Shown here piece by piece: positions 11,691 to 23,529 of a stretch of DNA of 64,000 nucleotides. The stretch is from Octopus bimaculoides (Eukaryota). Position numbers and translations under genes: made by a program. Location of the stretch: positions 30,004,993 to 30,068,992 of the forward strand of contig NC_069000.1 of the NCBI RefSeq assembly GCF_001194135.2, written 5' to 3'. The notes beneath the pieces were generated by a model, which worked only from the letters and a program-made list of their open reading frames with translations, was not told the origin of the DNA and made no database searches. Each line of letters starts with the position of its first letter. The first letter of the stretch is position 1.

Positions 11691-13599
11691 TCATCACCCT
11701 CATCATAACTTAGCATCCATTTTCCATGCTGGCATGGGTTGGATGGTTTGATAGGAGCCATTTAATCAAACTCCATTGTTTGCTTTTTCTTCCTAATGTC
11801 AGCTATTTTACAGAGGTTTTTAGTTTTATGACACTTGCAAACATTGGAGCTCAGTGCAGTCTTCTTGTTCAGTGGTCCCTTGTCAAATCATCTAATCCAT
11901 GCCAGTATGGAAAAAAGGACCCTGGTGTGGCCCTTGGTCTTGCTAGTTCCTGTCAGGCCATCCAGATCATGCCAGCATGAAAAACGTTGGTGATGATGAT
12001 GATGATCTCTCACACACCACACACACACATTAAGTTTATATTTGGCAGTTTTCTAACATACCACAGAATATAACACACCACTATTAGCTCTATAAAAACC
12101 TCTACTACACCTCCAAATAAGTGCACTTGCCGAATTCCTACAAGTTCACCAAATTTTTGTGTTTATCACAATTGTCTTGTCTGTGTAGGAAGAGCAAAAG
12201 AGATGACATTTGAAGATTTTTCATGGAAATGTCACACGATTTGTCACCAACATCACCACTTTCTATTGAATCTATGACTATGTGTTTTTTAAAATCATGT
12301 TTAACTCAGTGGAACAATTACAACAAGCCAGAGGTATGATATTGGCCCACAGACTGAATAGCCATTGATTTATTTGCATGGAATCAACTCTGCGATGTGT
12401 TTATGCCCAAGACATAAGTTGCTATCAAGAATGGTCCTTTGATTTGTAAATTGTGTCTCATGTGAGGCAGGTTGTAAATAAGAACCCTGTAGCTGTAAGT
12501 GTGTATCACAAGGAAAGATGGTCCATCAGTTGTAAACAAATGTGATGTATTGTAGTATAGTCAGTCATAAGGGTGCATGTCTTAGTGGTTAGGGTGTTGC
12601 ACTTATGATTGTGAGATTGTGATTTCAATTCCTGGACCAGGTGGTGCATTGTGTTCTTGAGCAATCACTTCAAAACCTGACATGTGGTATACTGTGTGTG
12701 TCTATCCAGGCAACATTGATTTGATGGAGGGAGAAAGCCAATGTACAGCACAAACATTTGATCATTATAAACAAATCATTTGCGCAGATTGTTCAGCTAG
12801 AAATTGTAGAACCATCTTTCTCAGTCTACAAGAAACTACCATCATTCATCATCATTATCATAGCCATTCGACCCAGCTGTAAATAAGTACCTATCCAGTA
12901 AAGAGGTTAAATAATAGATACAACTGCCAATGCAAACAGAGGGAGAATTGTGGAATTCTTAAGTATTTCATGTTGGACTGGAAACTAGTATATAGAACAC
13001 TTGTAGGTATTTTCCTGATTAAAGAAGGGCTGCAAAGGCGATGAGGACTGCCCTTCTTTGCTTGTACTAATAAATTGACATACAAATGCAGTAGATACTG
13101 AGCTTGATTATAGTAGTGGGGTAACAATCATGGATGTCTTTCAGTCTTATTAGACCTACTCAGCAAACAACACACATTACCAGTATTTCTAGGCAAAGAT
13201 TTTTTTTTTCGCAAATAATCAAATACACACTAAGTGATGACATAACTTGAAACAAGAAGTAGCAGAAATTACCAGGGGATACATTCTGCAAGAAAACCAA
13301 ATGGTAAGGTTTGGTTTTCTTATATATGTAATGAGCTATAAAAATCTTAATGCCATGTGCATTGGTAACAAAAAGGGTATCTGCCTCAACAAAATTTCAT
13401 TTCACCCATATAAGTATGGAAAAGTGGATGTTAAAATGATGATGATGGCATTGATAATATTACACACACACACACAAAGTGCTTGGGATAAATTTGATAA
13501 TTCTCTGTCTTTTTTTTCCCAAGAACAACTTGATGTGTTGGTGAACAGTCAACAATGTTGGAGAGCATAAAGATTAAAGTTGTAGTTGAGAAAATGGTA

Positions 13600-14420
13600 A
13601 CTGATATGGAGAACTTGAAACCATCTGAATATTGCATGATGATTTGCTCTGGGTGTGAAGATGCCAATGTCAAAATAACTATTCTGTGCTCTGGAAACAC
13701 CTTAAGGGCTGTAAGATGTAACATGGACAGCTACAATGGGGGCTACAAAGTCGTCACCAGCAGGAAGAGACATAGAAGGTGCTCTGACTGCATCAGCATG
13801 CTGGGATTCATCCAACAACTGCAGGACAAGGTGATGGATGATCCAAAAATTTGGTAACAGAGACGGGTGTTAGAGCTGACACCATGAAACTGGCTCTGAA
13901 TGAAGACCTTTGCAACCACTTATACAAGAAGTGCAAGGGACAAATTTTGACAGCCAAGCCCATGGAGAACCACCTGACAGAGGCAAAGAAACTCCTGAAC
14001 AAGCTGAGTAATACTACTAAGCCAGCAATGATTTGGCTCTTTTCAGAGGAAAAGAATTTCTGTCAGGACCAGTTGTACAACACCTAGAAACAGATGGTTT
14101 GCCTTCAATCCATGTAATGTCCTACATATCATGAAAACCAAGTTCCCCTCAGACTGTGATGGTCTTTGGGTGTTCCTCCAGTAAGGTTGACATCATACTG
14201 TCATACATCTCAGTTCAGATAGCTATGTGAAGCTGCTGGAGAGGGTTGCTGCTGAACGGTCATATGTATGGCAGCAGTATAAAGCTCCTTGCCATACCTC
14301 TGGAAAGAGTCTGAAGTGATTGTCAGAGTATTTTTGACTTCACCACCCCCAATTTCTAGCCTACAAATTCCCTCAATTGCAATCTCATGGATTACTGTAT
14401 TAAGTGCAATTGGTCAGTAA
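13600..14420 (+). mobile_element. Decayed Tc1/mariner transposase, DD37D (maT)-like
   Basis: Frameshifted peptides WLFSEEKNFCQDQ, MKTKFP.TVMVFG, RSYVWQQYKAPCHTSGKS and PNF*PTNSLNCNLMDY, matching the FSDEK / QQDSAP / WPPNSPDCNPMDY motifs. Confidence 0.8.
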
Positions 14421-14439
14421 CTGATGAAGAACTACGGAC

Positions 14440-15170
14440 CTTCTGTATGTCTCCCATTTGTTTTTACATTCAGTATACATTACGTCATTTGTTTATACAT
14501 TTATATTTATATATATATATATGACTGCGTGTGTATCGTTGGCGATTTTATTTCTCCGTCTTCCCTTCTTTGGACTTTTTCTATATTTCTGATGAAGAGC
14601 TGCGCCCGAAACATGAAATCTTCTTTCTTTTCTTTCCTTTCCTGAGCGTCCAATAACACTGTACTTATTCCACGTCCTCACGTTGTTGTTTTTTCTTGCT
14701 TATTCATGTTTGGATTGACTATATATATATATATATATATATAACTTAGCAATTAGCTTACGACTTCTAGCTCACTTTACTGTGATCTATTTTGCCCTCC
14801 TTCCCCCTTTTTAATCATTTAATTTAAACCTTTAGCATTACATTTACAGCCTCCTCCCTTTAAAACTCTATGTAAACAAGCGTTCTTACTTCTAACAGTC
14901 ACTTACTTGGCCATGTAATGTTATAGCTCGTAAGTTACCTCATCATTTCGCATTTGTCTTGCTTTTATATGTTGATTCCCTGACGATGAATATATGTGGA
15001 ATTCCAGCAGCTCTTACTTCTTTGGAGGAGAGCACACATATATTTTGAAACATGTGTAGGAATTAAAGGAACTTTTATTTATATGCCTTTTATTTATATG
15101 TGTTTTGCTCCATTTATTGTTATTATTCATATCTACTCAAAATGCATCACTTCAACTTGGTATCTCTACC
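14440..15170 (+). mobile_element. Two Penelope-like element terminal (pseudo-LTR) fragments carrying hammerhead motifs
   Basis: CTGATGAAGAGC...CCGAAAC at 14589-14612 and CTGACGA...GAAACATGTGTA at 14980-15058. Hammerheads in Penelope termini are established. Confidence 0.6.
14972..15066 (+). ncRNA. Minimal type I hammerhead ribozyme
   Basis: Stem I ATTCC(14975-79)/GGAAT(15059-63), core CUGACGA 14980-86, stem II GAATATATGTG/CACATATATTT, GAAA 15047-50, short stem III AC/GU closing ATGT, GUA cleavage triplet 15056-58. The 10.1-11.1 position is U-U, which is non-canonical. Confidence 0.7.
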
Positions 15171-15471
15171 TATAAAACGGGTGTGATATCCTGGTTTTTT
15201 GTGTAATTTTTGCTACCCATGCGAAATGATGAGGTAATATTAATATATACANNNNNNNNNNNNNNNNNNNNNNNNNNNNNNNNNNNNNNNNNNNNNNNNN
15301 NNNNNNNNNNNNNNNNNNNNNNNNNNNNNNNNNNNNNNNNNNNNNNNNNNNNNNNNNNNNNNNNNNNNNNNNNNNNNNNNNNNNNNNNNNNNNNNNNNNN
15401 NNNNNNNNNNNNNNNNNNNNNNNNNNNNNNNNNNNNNNNNNNNNNNNNNNNNNNNNNNNNNNNNNNNNNNN

Positions 15472-15499
<28 letters not shown>

Positions 15500-15502
<3 letters not shown>

Positions 15503-15665
15503 TGGTGCAGGCAGGGCTGTGTGATAAGAAGTTTGCTTCCCAACCACATGGTTCCAGGTTCAGTCTCACTGCATCGTACCTTGCAAGTCTTCTACTAAAG
15601 CCCTGGGCTGATCAAAAACTTTTTGTGTGGATTTGGTTGATGAAAATTGAAAGAAGCCTTTTTTA
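15500..15665 (+). mobile_element. SINE family B, 5' part
   Basis: GGCAGGGCTGTGTGATAAGAAGTTTGCTTCCCAACCACATGGTTCCAGGTTCAGTC head. Confidence 0.7.
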
Positions 15666-16399
15666 TAGGCCTGCATTTTATTTTTAATTAATAAGACTTT
15701 TTATTCATTTCATTAAGTACATTAACACCAACCATGCTAACAATTTGATGGATGGATTAAATTTGCATTTCCTAATAATTAAGATATGAAACATGTGATA
15801 CCATTTTAAAGACTTAGCTAGTACATTGGATATTAACACTCTCTCACAAGATATTCTTTATATCTCACCACCACCACCACCATCATCATCAATGGCATCA
15901 CTATCACCACTACCAACAACAACTTTGTTTTAACAAGAATTTCCTTCCATACTGGGTTTGCTCTACAACTTATCACATGCCCACTCATCTTGACGTTTTT
16001 TGTCTTGTCAGTGAGATCCAAAATTCTCAAATCTTCAGTCCTACCACTTCCTATAGTTCCTGTTGTTGTTTAGTCCCCAAATCAGCCCTGATCAAGAAGA
16101 CCCATTATCAAGACCTTCCAGATGTGACTAACCTGGATTTTCTTTTTTAGATTTTGAGAACTACATTTTCTAATGTATCTTCCCGTTTTCTTTCGTAGAT
16201 GGTGATTTGAAAATTTGGCTGCTCTTTCTAGCAGGTTAAAAGACTGAATAAAAGTTCACTAGTTAGCTCATCCCATTGTTTTTAATACATGTGCTATGAT
16301 TTCCTGGTCTCCTAATAACCTCAAGTGTGCCATACACGAGAATACTGCTTGTTTCTTTCTGATGTTATAATTACTTTACACAAAAACATTCTAGACCCA

Positions 16400-16815
16400 C
16401 ATTAGAACACCACTGAAGTCAATGGGAAATGCTCAAGTTTCACACAAAACATCCTAGATTACTTTCAAAAGACCACCATCTTGTTGGTTGGCAAAAAAAC
16501 TCACTATAATTGCTGGCCCAACAATGTGCTGTTTCTTCACCCTGCCTTTTCAACTGCTGCTACATCTGGGACAATGCTGTCATGCATGTTTGAGATGGTG
16601 CTCTTATAGAGCTGTACTACATATTTAAACATCCTAAGGTCTCCCAATTGATTAGCATGAAGTCACTCACCAACACACTCCCAGCCCCAGCCTCATAGAA
16701 GTACTGTCTCCTCTCTTGGACTCTTCCACCACAACACAGTAGCCTTTTCTTCTTAGAACTGGCTGATCTTGTTCCCTTTCTACTCAAGCCCACCTGACTT
16801 ACTTGTCTCACCATT
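16400..16815 (-). mobile_element. Decayed RTE LINE endonuclease fragment
   Basis: Peptides resembling QETRW.GG...GTGGVG.L...W of the RTE AP-endonuclease domain. Confidence 0.5.
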
Positions 16816-16854
16816 TTTCATCAGTCATATTGTATTTCACCTACAAACCAAATA

Positions 16855-17080
16855 TTAACTCTTCAGCATGCAGATTACTCTACCAAATGTAATGCTTATT
16901 GATTCACATTGCTTTTAATGAGTAATGCATTATCTCATAGCTTTGTGATTTTGATGATGAGATTGCATATTTTTAGAATGTCATTATAGGGTAGGTGTGA
17001 GAGGCCAAATCTGGTCACTTTGAACACAAAATGGGTAAAATATTTGGGTTGGAGATGGCTGGTTTAAATGTTAAAGGGTT
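16855..17080. mobile_element. TTAA-ended piggyBac-like MITE family (other copies about 30820-30997, 39765-39918 truncated, 43765-43945, 45802-46018)
   Basis: Shared core GGGTAGGTGTGAGAGG..GATCTGG..AGTTTGAACATAAAA, with ends AACCCTTTAG / CTAAAGGGTTAA in the best copy. Confidence 0.7.
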
Positions 17081-17148
17081 TCAGTCATTCTTTTCCACAT
17101 TGTCAGTCTTCTGGAATTCTTTCTTTCCTTACCCATGATTTTTCTGCA

Positions 17149-17627
17149 GAGACCTTCGTACATTGGGCCTCACCGAGGCGATGACTACTGACCGAGACCT
17201 TTGGAAATGTGCTGTGCGTGAGAAGACCCGGCAAGCCAAGTAAGATCGTTGCCAGTGCCCCTGGACTGGTTCTTGTGCGGGTGGCACATGAGATGCACCA
17301 TTTTGAGCGTGGCCGTTGCCAGTACCGCCTGACTGGCTCCTGTAGGATTTTCGAGCGAGATCGTTGCCAGTGCCCCTGGACTGGCTTGTGCGGGTGGCAC
17401 ATAAAAGACACCATTTCGAGCGTGGCCGTTTTCGTGCGGGTGACACGTAAAAGCACCCACTACACTCTCTGAGTGGTTGGCGTTAGGAAGGGCATCCAGC
17501 TGTAGAAACTCTGCCAAATCAGACTGGAGCCTGGTGTTGCCATCCGGTTTCACCAGTCCTCAGTCAAATCGTCCAACCCATGCTAGCATGGAAAGCGGAC
17601 GTTAAACGATGATGATGATGATGATGA
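17149..17627 (+). mobile_element. Young 5'-truncated RTE LINE: last codons, 3' UTR with internal repeated modules, (GAT)n tail
   Basis: Translates DLRTLGLTEAMTTDRDLWKCAVREKTRQAK-stop, then a repeated GATCGTTGCCAGTGCCCCTGGACTGG module, then TTAAACGATGATGATG. Confidence 0.9.
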
Positions 17628-18079
17628 CTTCAACATGACATTGTTTAAGAGGAACGTTAACAGTGTCAATGTTAACAGCTTTGGAGAGAGCCTGAAAAAG
17701 GCAGACACAGCTCCTTCCTTTGGTCTCAGAATTAATGTAGAAGCCATGGATGACAGCCCTTTCATCCAGATGAACCATTAAAAAAAAAATTAAAAAAAGA
17801 GCTACAACCTCTGCTGCTCTTGTAAACTAGTAAACTGTTTATCATATCAAACCAAGTCCACCTAATGTACAGCTTTAACCTTAAGATGTTTCACTACTCA
17901 AACCTTGTACAAAATATTTTATGTAATCCTTTCTCAAAAGAATTGCAACCCCTAGAAGGAACTGCTTTTTTTACAGACATCAACTTATAAAAGTTGAAAA
18001 TGAATATCAGCTACACTCACATCACCAGTTTGGAAATGCCTGCAAATGCTTTGAACAGCATTCTTTCTCTTGCTGTAAC

Positions 18080-18365
18080 TCAGAGATTCTCAACTATTTT
18101 TTACCTATGGACCCCTTTGATTCTTATTTTACTCAGACCCTAACCTTAACCCTAACCGTAACCCTAATCATTCAATGTTCAAATAAAATCCTATTATATT
18201 TTTATGATTGAACATTATTAAGAATTGTATAAAAATATTGTTGAAATATTTTCTGTATTTTAGAGGTACAACACCAATTTTATTGCACAGAAATTTTAGC
18301 AACAAAATCTTATATGGACCACCGACCTCCACCCTGGTCACAAGGACCCTGATTGAGAACTAGTG
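18080..18365. mobile_element. hAT-like MITE (same family in the opposite orientation at 32170-32485)
   Basis: Ends resembling CAGTGGTTCTCAAC / GTTGAGAAC(C/T)A. Shared TATGGACCCC and ATTTTATT segments. Confidence 0.65.
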
Positions 18366-19284
18366 ATCTAACTAAATAACTACATTAATATGGATTTCTG
18401 ACACAGGCATAAGACTAGAAATTTGATGGGATGACAGAGTCAGTCAATTATGTTGATTCAGTACTCAACTGATCCTTTATTTTATTGCTCTCAGAAGTAT
18501 GAAATATAAAGCTGGCCTCAACAGGATTTCAACTTGGCGTATAAAAACCTGCAAAACACTCCAATATTGTAATAATTCTGTGAATGATTTCTAAGAAGGC
18601 CACAAAGATTAGAGAAAGGAATTGCAACCTTCTGGAACTCCCTACCCACTCTTGTTTCTCCTACAGACATCAAACTACAGATATTGAATAGAATGCCAAG
18701 TAAGGTAATCCCACTAATCTAAGACAATCCTCTGATTAGCCTGAAAGTAAAAATTTAAAGAAAAAAGAAAAGCAGAAACATAACAGAATTTATATTAATT
18801 TTCCACATCTAGTTGAACATTGCTGCCTTCATTCATGGCAGCCTTAACCATTTTGAAACATAGAGACAGAATGAATGAAGTTCAGCATAATGGTAGGTAG
18901 TAGGTAGAAAAACTAGAACAGTAGGTTGAATATCTTATAGTTTCTAATTTCTTTCTGCATTCTGAGAATGCTTTACTTAGAGGCATCTTAGGCCAGCTCT
19001 GAAAGATTAACAATGATTCACTCAGCAATACACTTAAACTACTGGCTCACAGTTATGCTGTTTGTTTGCTATCACTATTAAAATGGCCTCTGTTCTTTTG
19101 AACAAGCTGACTGTAAATATTCTCCTCTTCTAATCACCCTTACTGTGCCTCACTTTCCAGAACCCGCATTGAACACTTTGTCCAATCTTCCCCTGACAAA
19201 CTTCAATAGTCTCAAATTCCCTTCCATTCATGCTTTTTCCTACAGCCATTGACCTAAAGATGTTAAAGGCAACAACTGCATCTA

Positions 19285-20528
19285 TTGGGTCCCATAAATA
19301 ATGTGTTTTTTTCAAATGCATGAACTAAAGTCAAAGGGGGAGGAAATAAACTGCCTGCATCAGCTTGCTATAAAAGCAGATAGTAATTTTACCTTGTCCT
19401 TATTCTTAGTGCAAGTTTTAAAGAGTGCAGTTCGATTTTAACAGTTATTTTGTCAAAGGTATAATGGAAGTGATAAAGGAGCATATTTGGCATATTTTGC
19501 TTTAAGAGTTCAATGAAGGCAACAATGCAATGGAAAGTGCAAGGAATATTAATGCAGTATATGGGGATCAGACAATAAGCATAAGCCAGTGTCAACGGTG
19601 GTTCCAGAAATTCTGAGCCAGAAACTACAGCCTAGAGGATGAACCTTGTCCTGGAAGTTCTGTAGAGCTCGATGAGGACATCCTGCAAACCCTGGTGGAA
19701 CAAAATCCCATCATAACTGTTGAGGAACTAGCAGAGAAGCTTGGATTTGGTCATTCAAAGACCTGCGTGCCATCGGAAGAGTCAACAAATTGGATCAATG
19801 GGTCCCTCACAGACTTTCCGAGTCTAAACGTGTGCAGAGAATGAGTGTGTGCTCTTCTTTGCTGTCACGTCTCATGAATGAACTTTTTTTGGACTGAATG
19901 TCAAGTGCCAAAGAATGTCAAGTGCCAAAGACAGTGAGTAGGGAAAGGAGAAACACTGGCACTCCAGGCTAGAGAAGGTCTTCACCCTCGTAAGGTGTTG
20001 TTATCTGTTTGGTGGGATATGGTTTAGTCCACTTTGAACCTTTACACCCAAACAGAATGATAACAAAGGAGATCTACTGCAAACAGCTTGAGTGGCTTAA
20101 GTCAGCACTAGAAGAAAAATGACCATCTTTGGTTTCAAGACGAAAGGTGTTCTCCCATCAGGATAATGCTTGGCCACGTACTACAAAGATGACACTCCAA
20201 AGGCTGGAGAAGTTTGGATGGAAAACAATGCCCCACCCACCATATTCACTGGATATTGCCCCATCTGATTATCATTTATTCCACAGTTTTCAAAATCATT
20301 TGGATGGAAAAAATGTGAATTCTGTAGATGCAGTCAGAACAGTACTGGAGGAGTATTTTTTGTCATGGACAAGTGAATTTTAGAAGTGGGGCCTTGTAAG
20401 TCTACCAGATAGATGGAAGAGTATTGAAGAAAATGAAGGAGAGTATATTTTAGATTAAAAAAGAACTTTATCTTAATTTTGAAAAATAAAAGTATTAAAA
20501 AATCCACATTATTTATGGGCTGACCCAA
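19285..20528 (+). mobile_element. Near full-length mariner (DD34D) element with inactivated transposase
   Basis: TIRs TTGGGT(CAG)CCCATAAATAATGTG at both ends, TA flanks at 19283-84 and 20529-30. Peptides MEVIKEHIWHILL, QRWFQKF, FSHQDNAWP, HPPYSLDIAPSDYHLFHS. Stops are present and the first-Asp region is deleted. Confidence 0.92.
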
Positions 20529-20809
20529 TATATCAATCTAAGAGAGTCTACAAAGTTTTGGCCATTATCCTCACCACCTTCGCATAAAAGAAAAACAAAA
20601 ACACAAACTCCAAGATATGCAGGACTCCACACACTGCAGGTGGTTGGAGCGCTGGGGATGGCATGGAATATAACTATGGTAGGATCATGCATACGTAATA
20701 TAGTGAGTTAAAAAAGAAAAAAAATTTTGATTAATAGAGATTATCAATGTAGATAATAATAGACAGGTTACTGGTTTTCAAATGGTTTCCTGACAAGGGG
20801 GTATATATG

Positions 20810-21365
20810 CAGGGGTTAGATAAAATAAGTGGAAACACCTTAAAATTTCAAACAAATTAATTTTAATATGGGGTAGGACCGCCTTTGGCAGTAATTACAG
20901 CTTGAATTCTACAAGGTATGGATTCGTACGAAGTTTGAATTTTTTCCAAAGGAATTTTTGTCCATTCTTTAGCTAAAACAGTCTCCAGTTCTTGTAGTAA
21001 TGATGGTCGAAGATATCAACTCCTTACTTGTTTTTCTAAACTGCACCATAAATGTTCAATAATATTGAGATCTGAGGACTGTGGTGGCCAGATAAGATGT
21101 TCCACTTCACTAGAATGTTCCTTGTGCCTTTCAGTAACAACTTTAGCTGTGTGAATTGGTGCATTATCATCCTGAAAGATTGCGTTTCCCTCCGGAAACA
21201 GTTCTGCAACCATAGGATGAATTTGATCAGGTAAAATACTTAAATAGTCTTGCCTATTAATTCTGCCAAGAAGGGAAACCATTGGGCCAGCAGATTTCCA
21301 AGATATAGCTCCCCCACCGATCATCACATACTCTCCTCCATGTTTAACAGTTGGAAAAAAGGCAG
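20810..21365 (-). mobile_element. Tc1 (DD34E) element, 3' portion
   Basis: ORF 21016-21327: IFQDDNAPIHTAK...WPPQSSDLNIIEHLW. Terminal sequence CAGGGGTTAGATAAAATAAGTGGAAACACC. Confidence 0.88.
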
Positions 21366-21419
21366 TCTAGGTCAAATGCATCTTTTGGAGGCCCAACCTT
21401 CTGAGTTCTTTTACATTGC

Positions 21420-21540
21420 TTAGAAAAACTGAAGGACTGCTGCAATAAGTGTGTGAATCTGAGAAGGGAATATGTTGAATAAAACCACAATTAATTGATT
21501 CTCCCCAAAGCCAGGAACTTTTCAGCACCCCCTCATATAT
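21420..21540 (-). mobile_element. Short mariner terminal remnant
   Basis: TATGAGGGGGTGCTGAAAAGTTCCTGGCT is a mariner-type end. Confidence 0.55.
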
Positions 21541-21559
21541 GACCATGTAGATGCTTATA

Positions 21560-23250
21560 TACAAAAGAGACAAATCTGCAGAGAAGCTGAACATCAATGA
21601 AGAATTGCATTGCTGATATTTAGTGAATAAATTTGGTAATGGTGATGGATTGCTCTATATTTATCCTCTTGCCTGGTGTGTTCAGCATCAAACCATTGCA
21701 CACCTTGAAAGTTACTCTTTTCCATGCTTTCTGATCTGCAGCAAGATTTTCAATGTACTTGGGAAGAACTGAGCAGTCAGTGAAGATGTGTTTCAGAGAG
21801 TAACTTCCAATGGTTCTTATGACTACTATGGTGATGATAATCCTTTGTTAGCTCACCATACAGAAAATGGGAATCTTCCATAGATTACATGCTCAGTCTA
21901 GCAGAGAATGCACTTCATGGTCATTGTTTTAATACTGATGGATTACACATGTTTAAAGAATTTTCAAAGTTTGCCTGCATACTATTGATCATAAAAGCCT
22001 ATGGACAAAGTTTTAGAGTGGACAAAAATCTGCAGATACCTCACACATATTCTATTGTTCACATCCATGTTGTACCTTGAGAGGAGTGATACAGCAACAA
22101 GACTGATGCTTAAAAGAATGGGAGCAAGAACATACCTCTGTTTAACACCAACACTAATTTCAAAGGGCAGAGCAGATTTACAACTCAGAAACTTTAGCAG
22201 TCAGTCTATCAAGAAAGAGATGCAACGTGTGAAGGAAAACGTGGGTGACATTTGAAATCTCTGACTATGTTCCATTGTATACAAAAATTATGTCGGTTGT
22301 GCTGCATTGAGACTCGGGAAACACTCTTGAAGGTATTTTGAGGAAGAGGCATAATAACAGAATGCAAGCAAGGATTTTTTTCAGCGGCAAAACAAGTGAT
22401 ACACCAAACAAGATATGTCACCATCAATAGTCCTGCATAATCAGTGATTGCTTACTTTTCTTAAATAGTTTCCAAGAATAGGGTGTTTTGTCAGCTTTCC
22501 AAGAAAGTAAGGGGAAATGAAATAGCTTGTTCTGTCGTGTTACAACGTCAGACAACAGACGAGGACTTTACAGGAAGTTCGTTTAGTCAGGCCGCTATCG
22601 TTAGGCTTGCACTGAATACTTTATTAAATTATGATTGGTTAAATATAACAATCAGTAACAGCGTTACAATTAAAGGGAAGTAACTCAATACATTACATAG
22701 TTCCTCTCGTAGATGACCTCCTTCAAACTTATAAACCTCGGCAGATATGGTTTTGTTTTCCAATGTGTTGGATGCGGTAGTAACTTCATGAGGCCATGGA
22801 AATTCATCCAACTCTGGCATCAAAGAAAGAGTTAAGAGTTTAGTAAGTACAAATGAGTCAGTTGTATTTACGTAGTCCAGAATTTCCCGAAAGTGTTTTG
22901 TCCAACAATCTAGTATCTTTTTTTTCTTGTCTTCGAGAGGTTGGCTTCTGTCAACTGTGCATAAAGGAGCAATTGCTTTTCTGGCAGGATAAAATATTAA
23001 TAATTGCATTATAAAACTCGTATGTGCTGATTGTGTCAGCAAAGCGTTGAATTTCATGAGTTTTTGCATTCCACCAGACACATTTTCTCTGTATCTTTAC
23101 CCAAATTTCTAAATGGGAGTTTGAACTCGGGTTTGCAAGGTAGTCCTTGAAAACCATAAACTTTTCCCCCAAAAGAGGCATCATTTCATCAGCCGATTCG
23201 TGAAACCAGTTAGTACTTTTTCTGTTTTCAAGTAGTGACTGCGGTCACTG
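21560..23250 (-). mobile_element. Decayed, internally deleted RTE LINE (linker, RT, C-terminus)
   Basis: Peptides WFHESADEMMPLL, WWNAKTHEIQRFAD, ILDCWTKHFREIL, ISAEVYKFEGGHL, FEISVGVKQRYVLAP, FLYGELTKG, LAADQKAWK. Confidence 0.85.
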
Positions 23251-23529
23251 GCTATCTAAATATAGTCAAGAAAAAAAACATTAAAAAGATGTTCTGAAAA
23301 AAAAAAAAAAGCTTGCTCTTTCTCATGCTAGGTTGGAAACCGCATCAGGCGATTCATCTCCCCCCCCCCCCNNNNNNNNNNNNNNNNNNNNNNNNNAGTG
23401 CGGTTGAAATCATACGAAAAAAGGAAGAAAAAAAAAAAGAAACTTGTGTCTTGGTGTCTAGAATGTGGTTCCGCTTCTGTAAGAAGTAGGCTTCCACGTG
23501 GAACTACACTTATCGTCAAAGAGCTTCAT

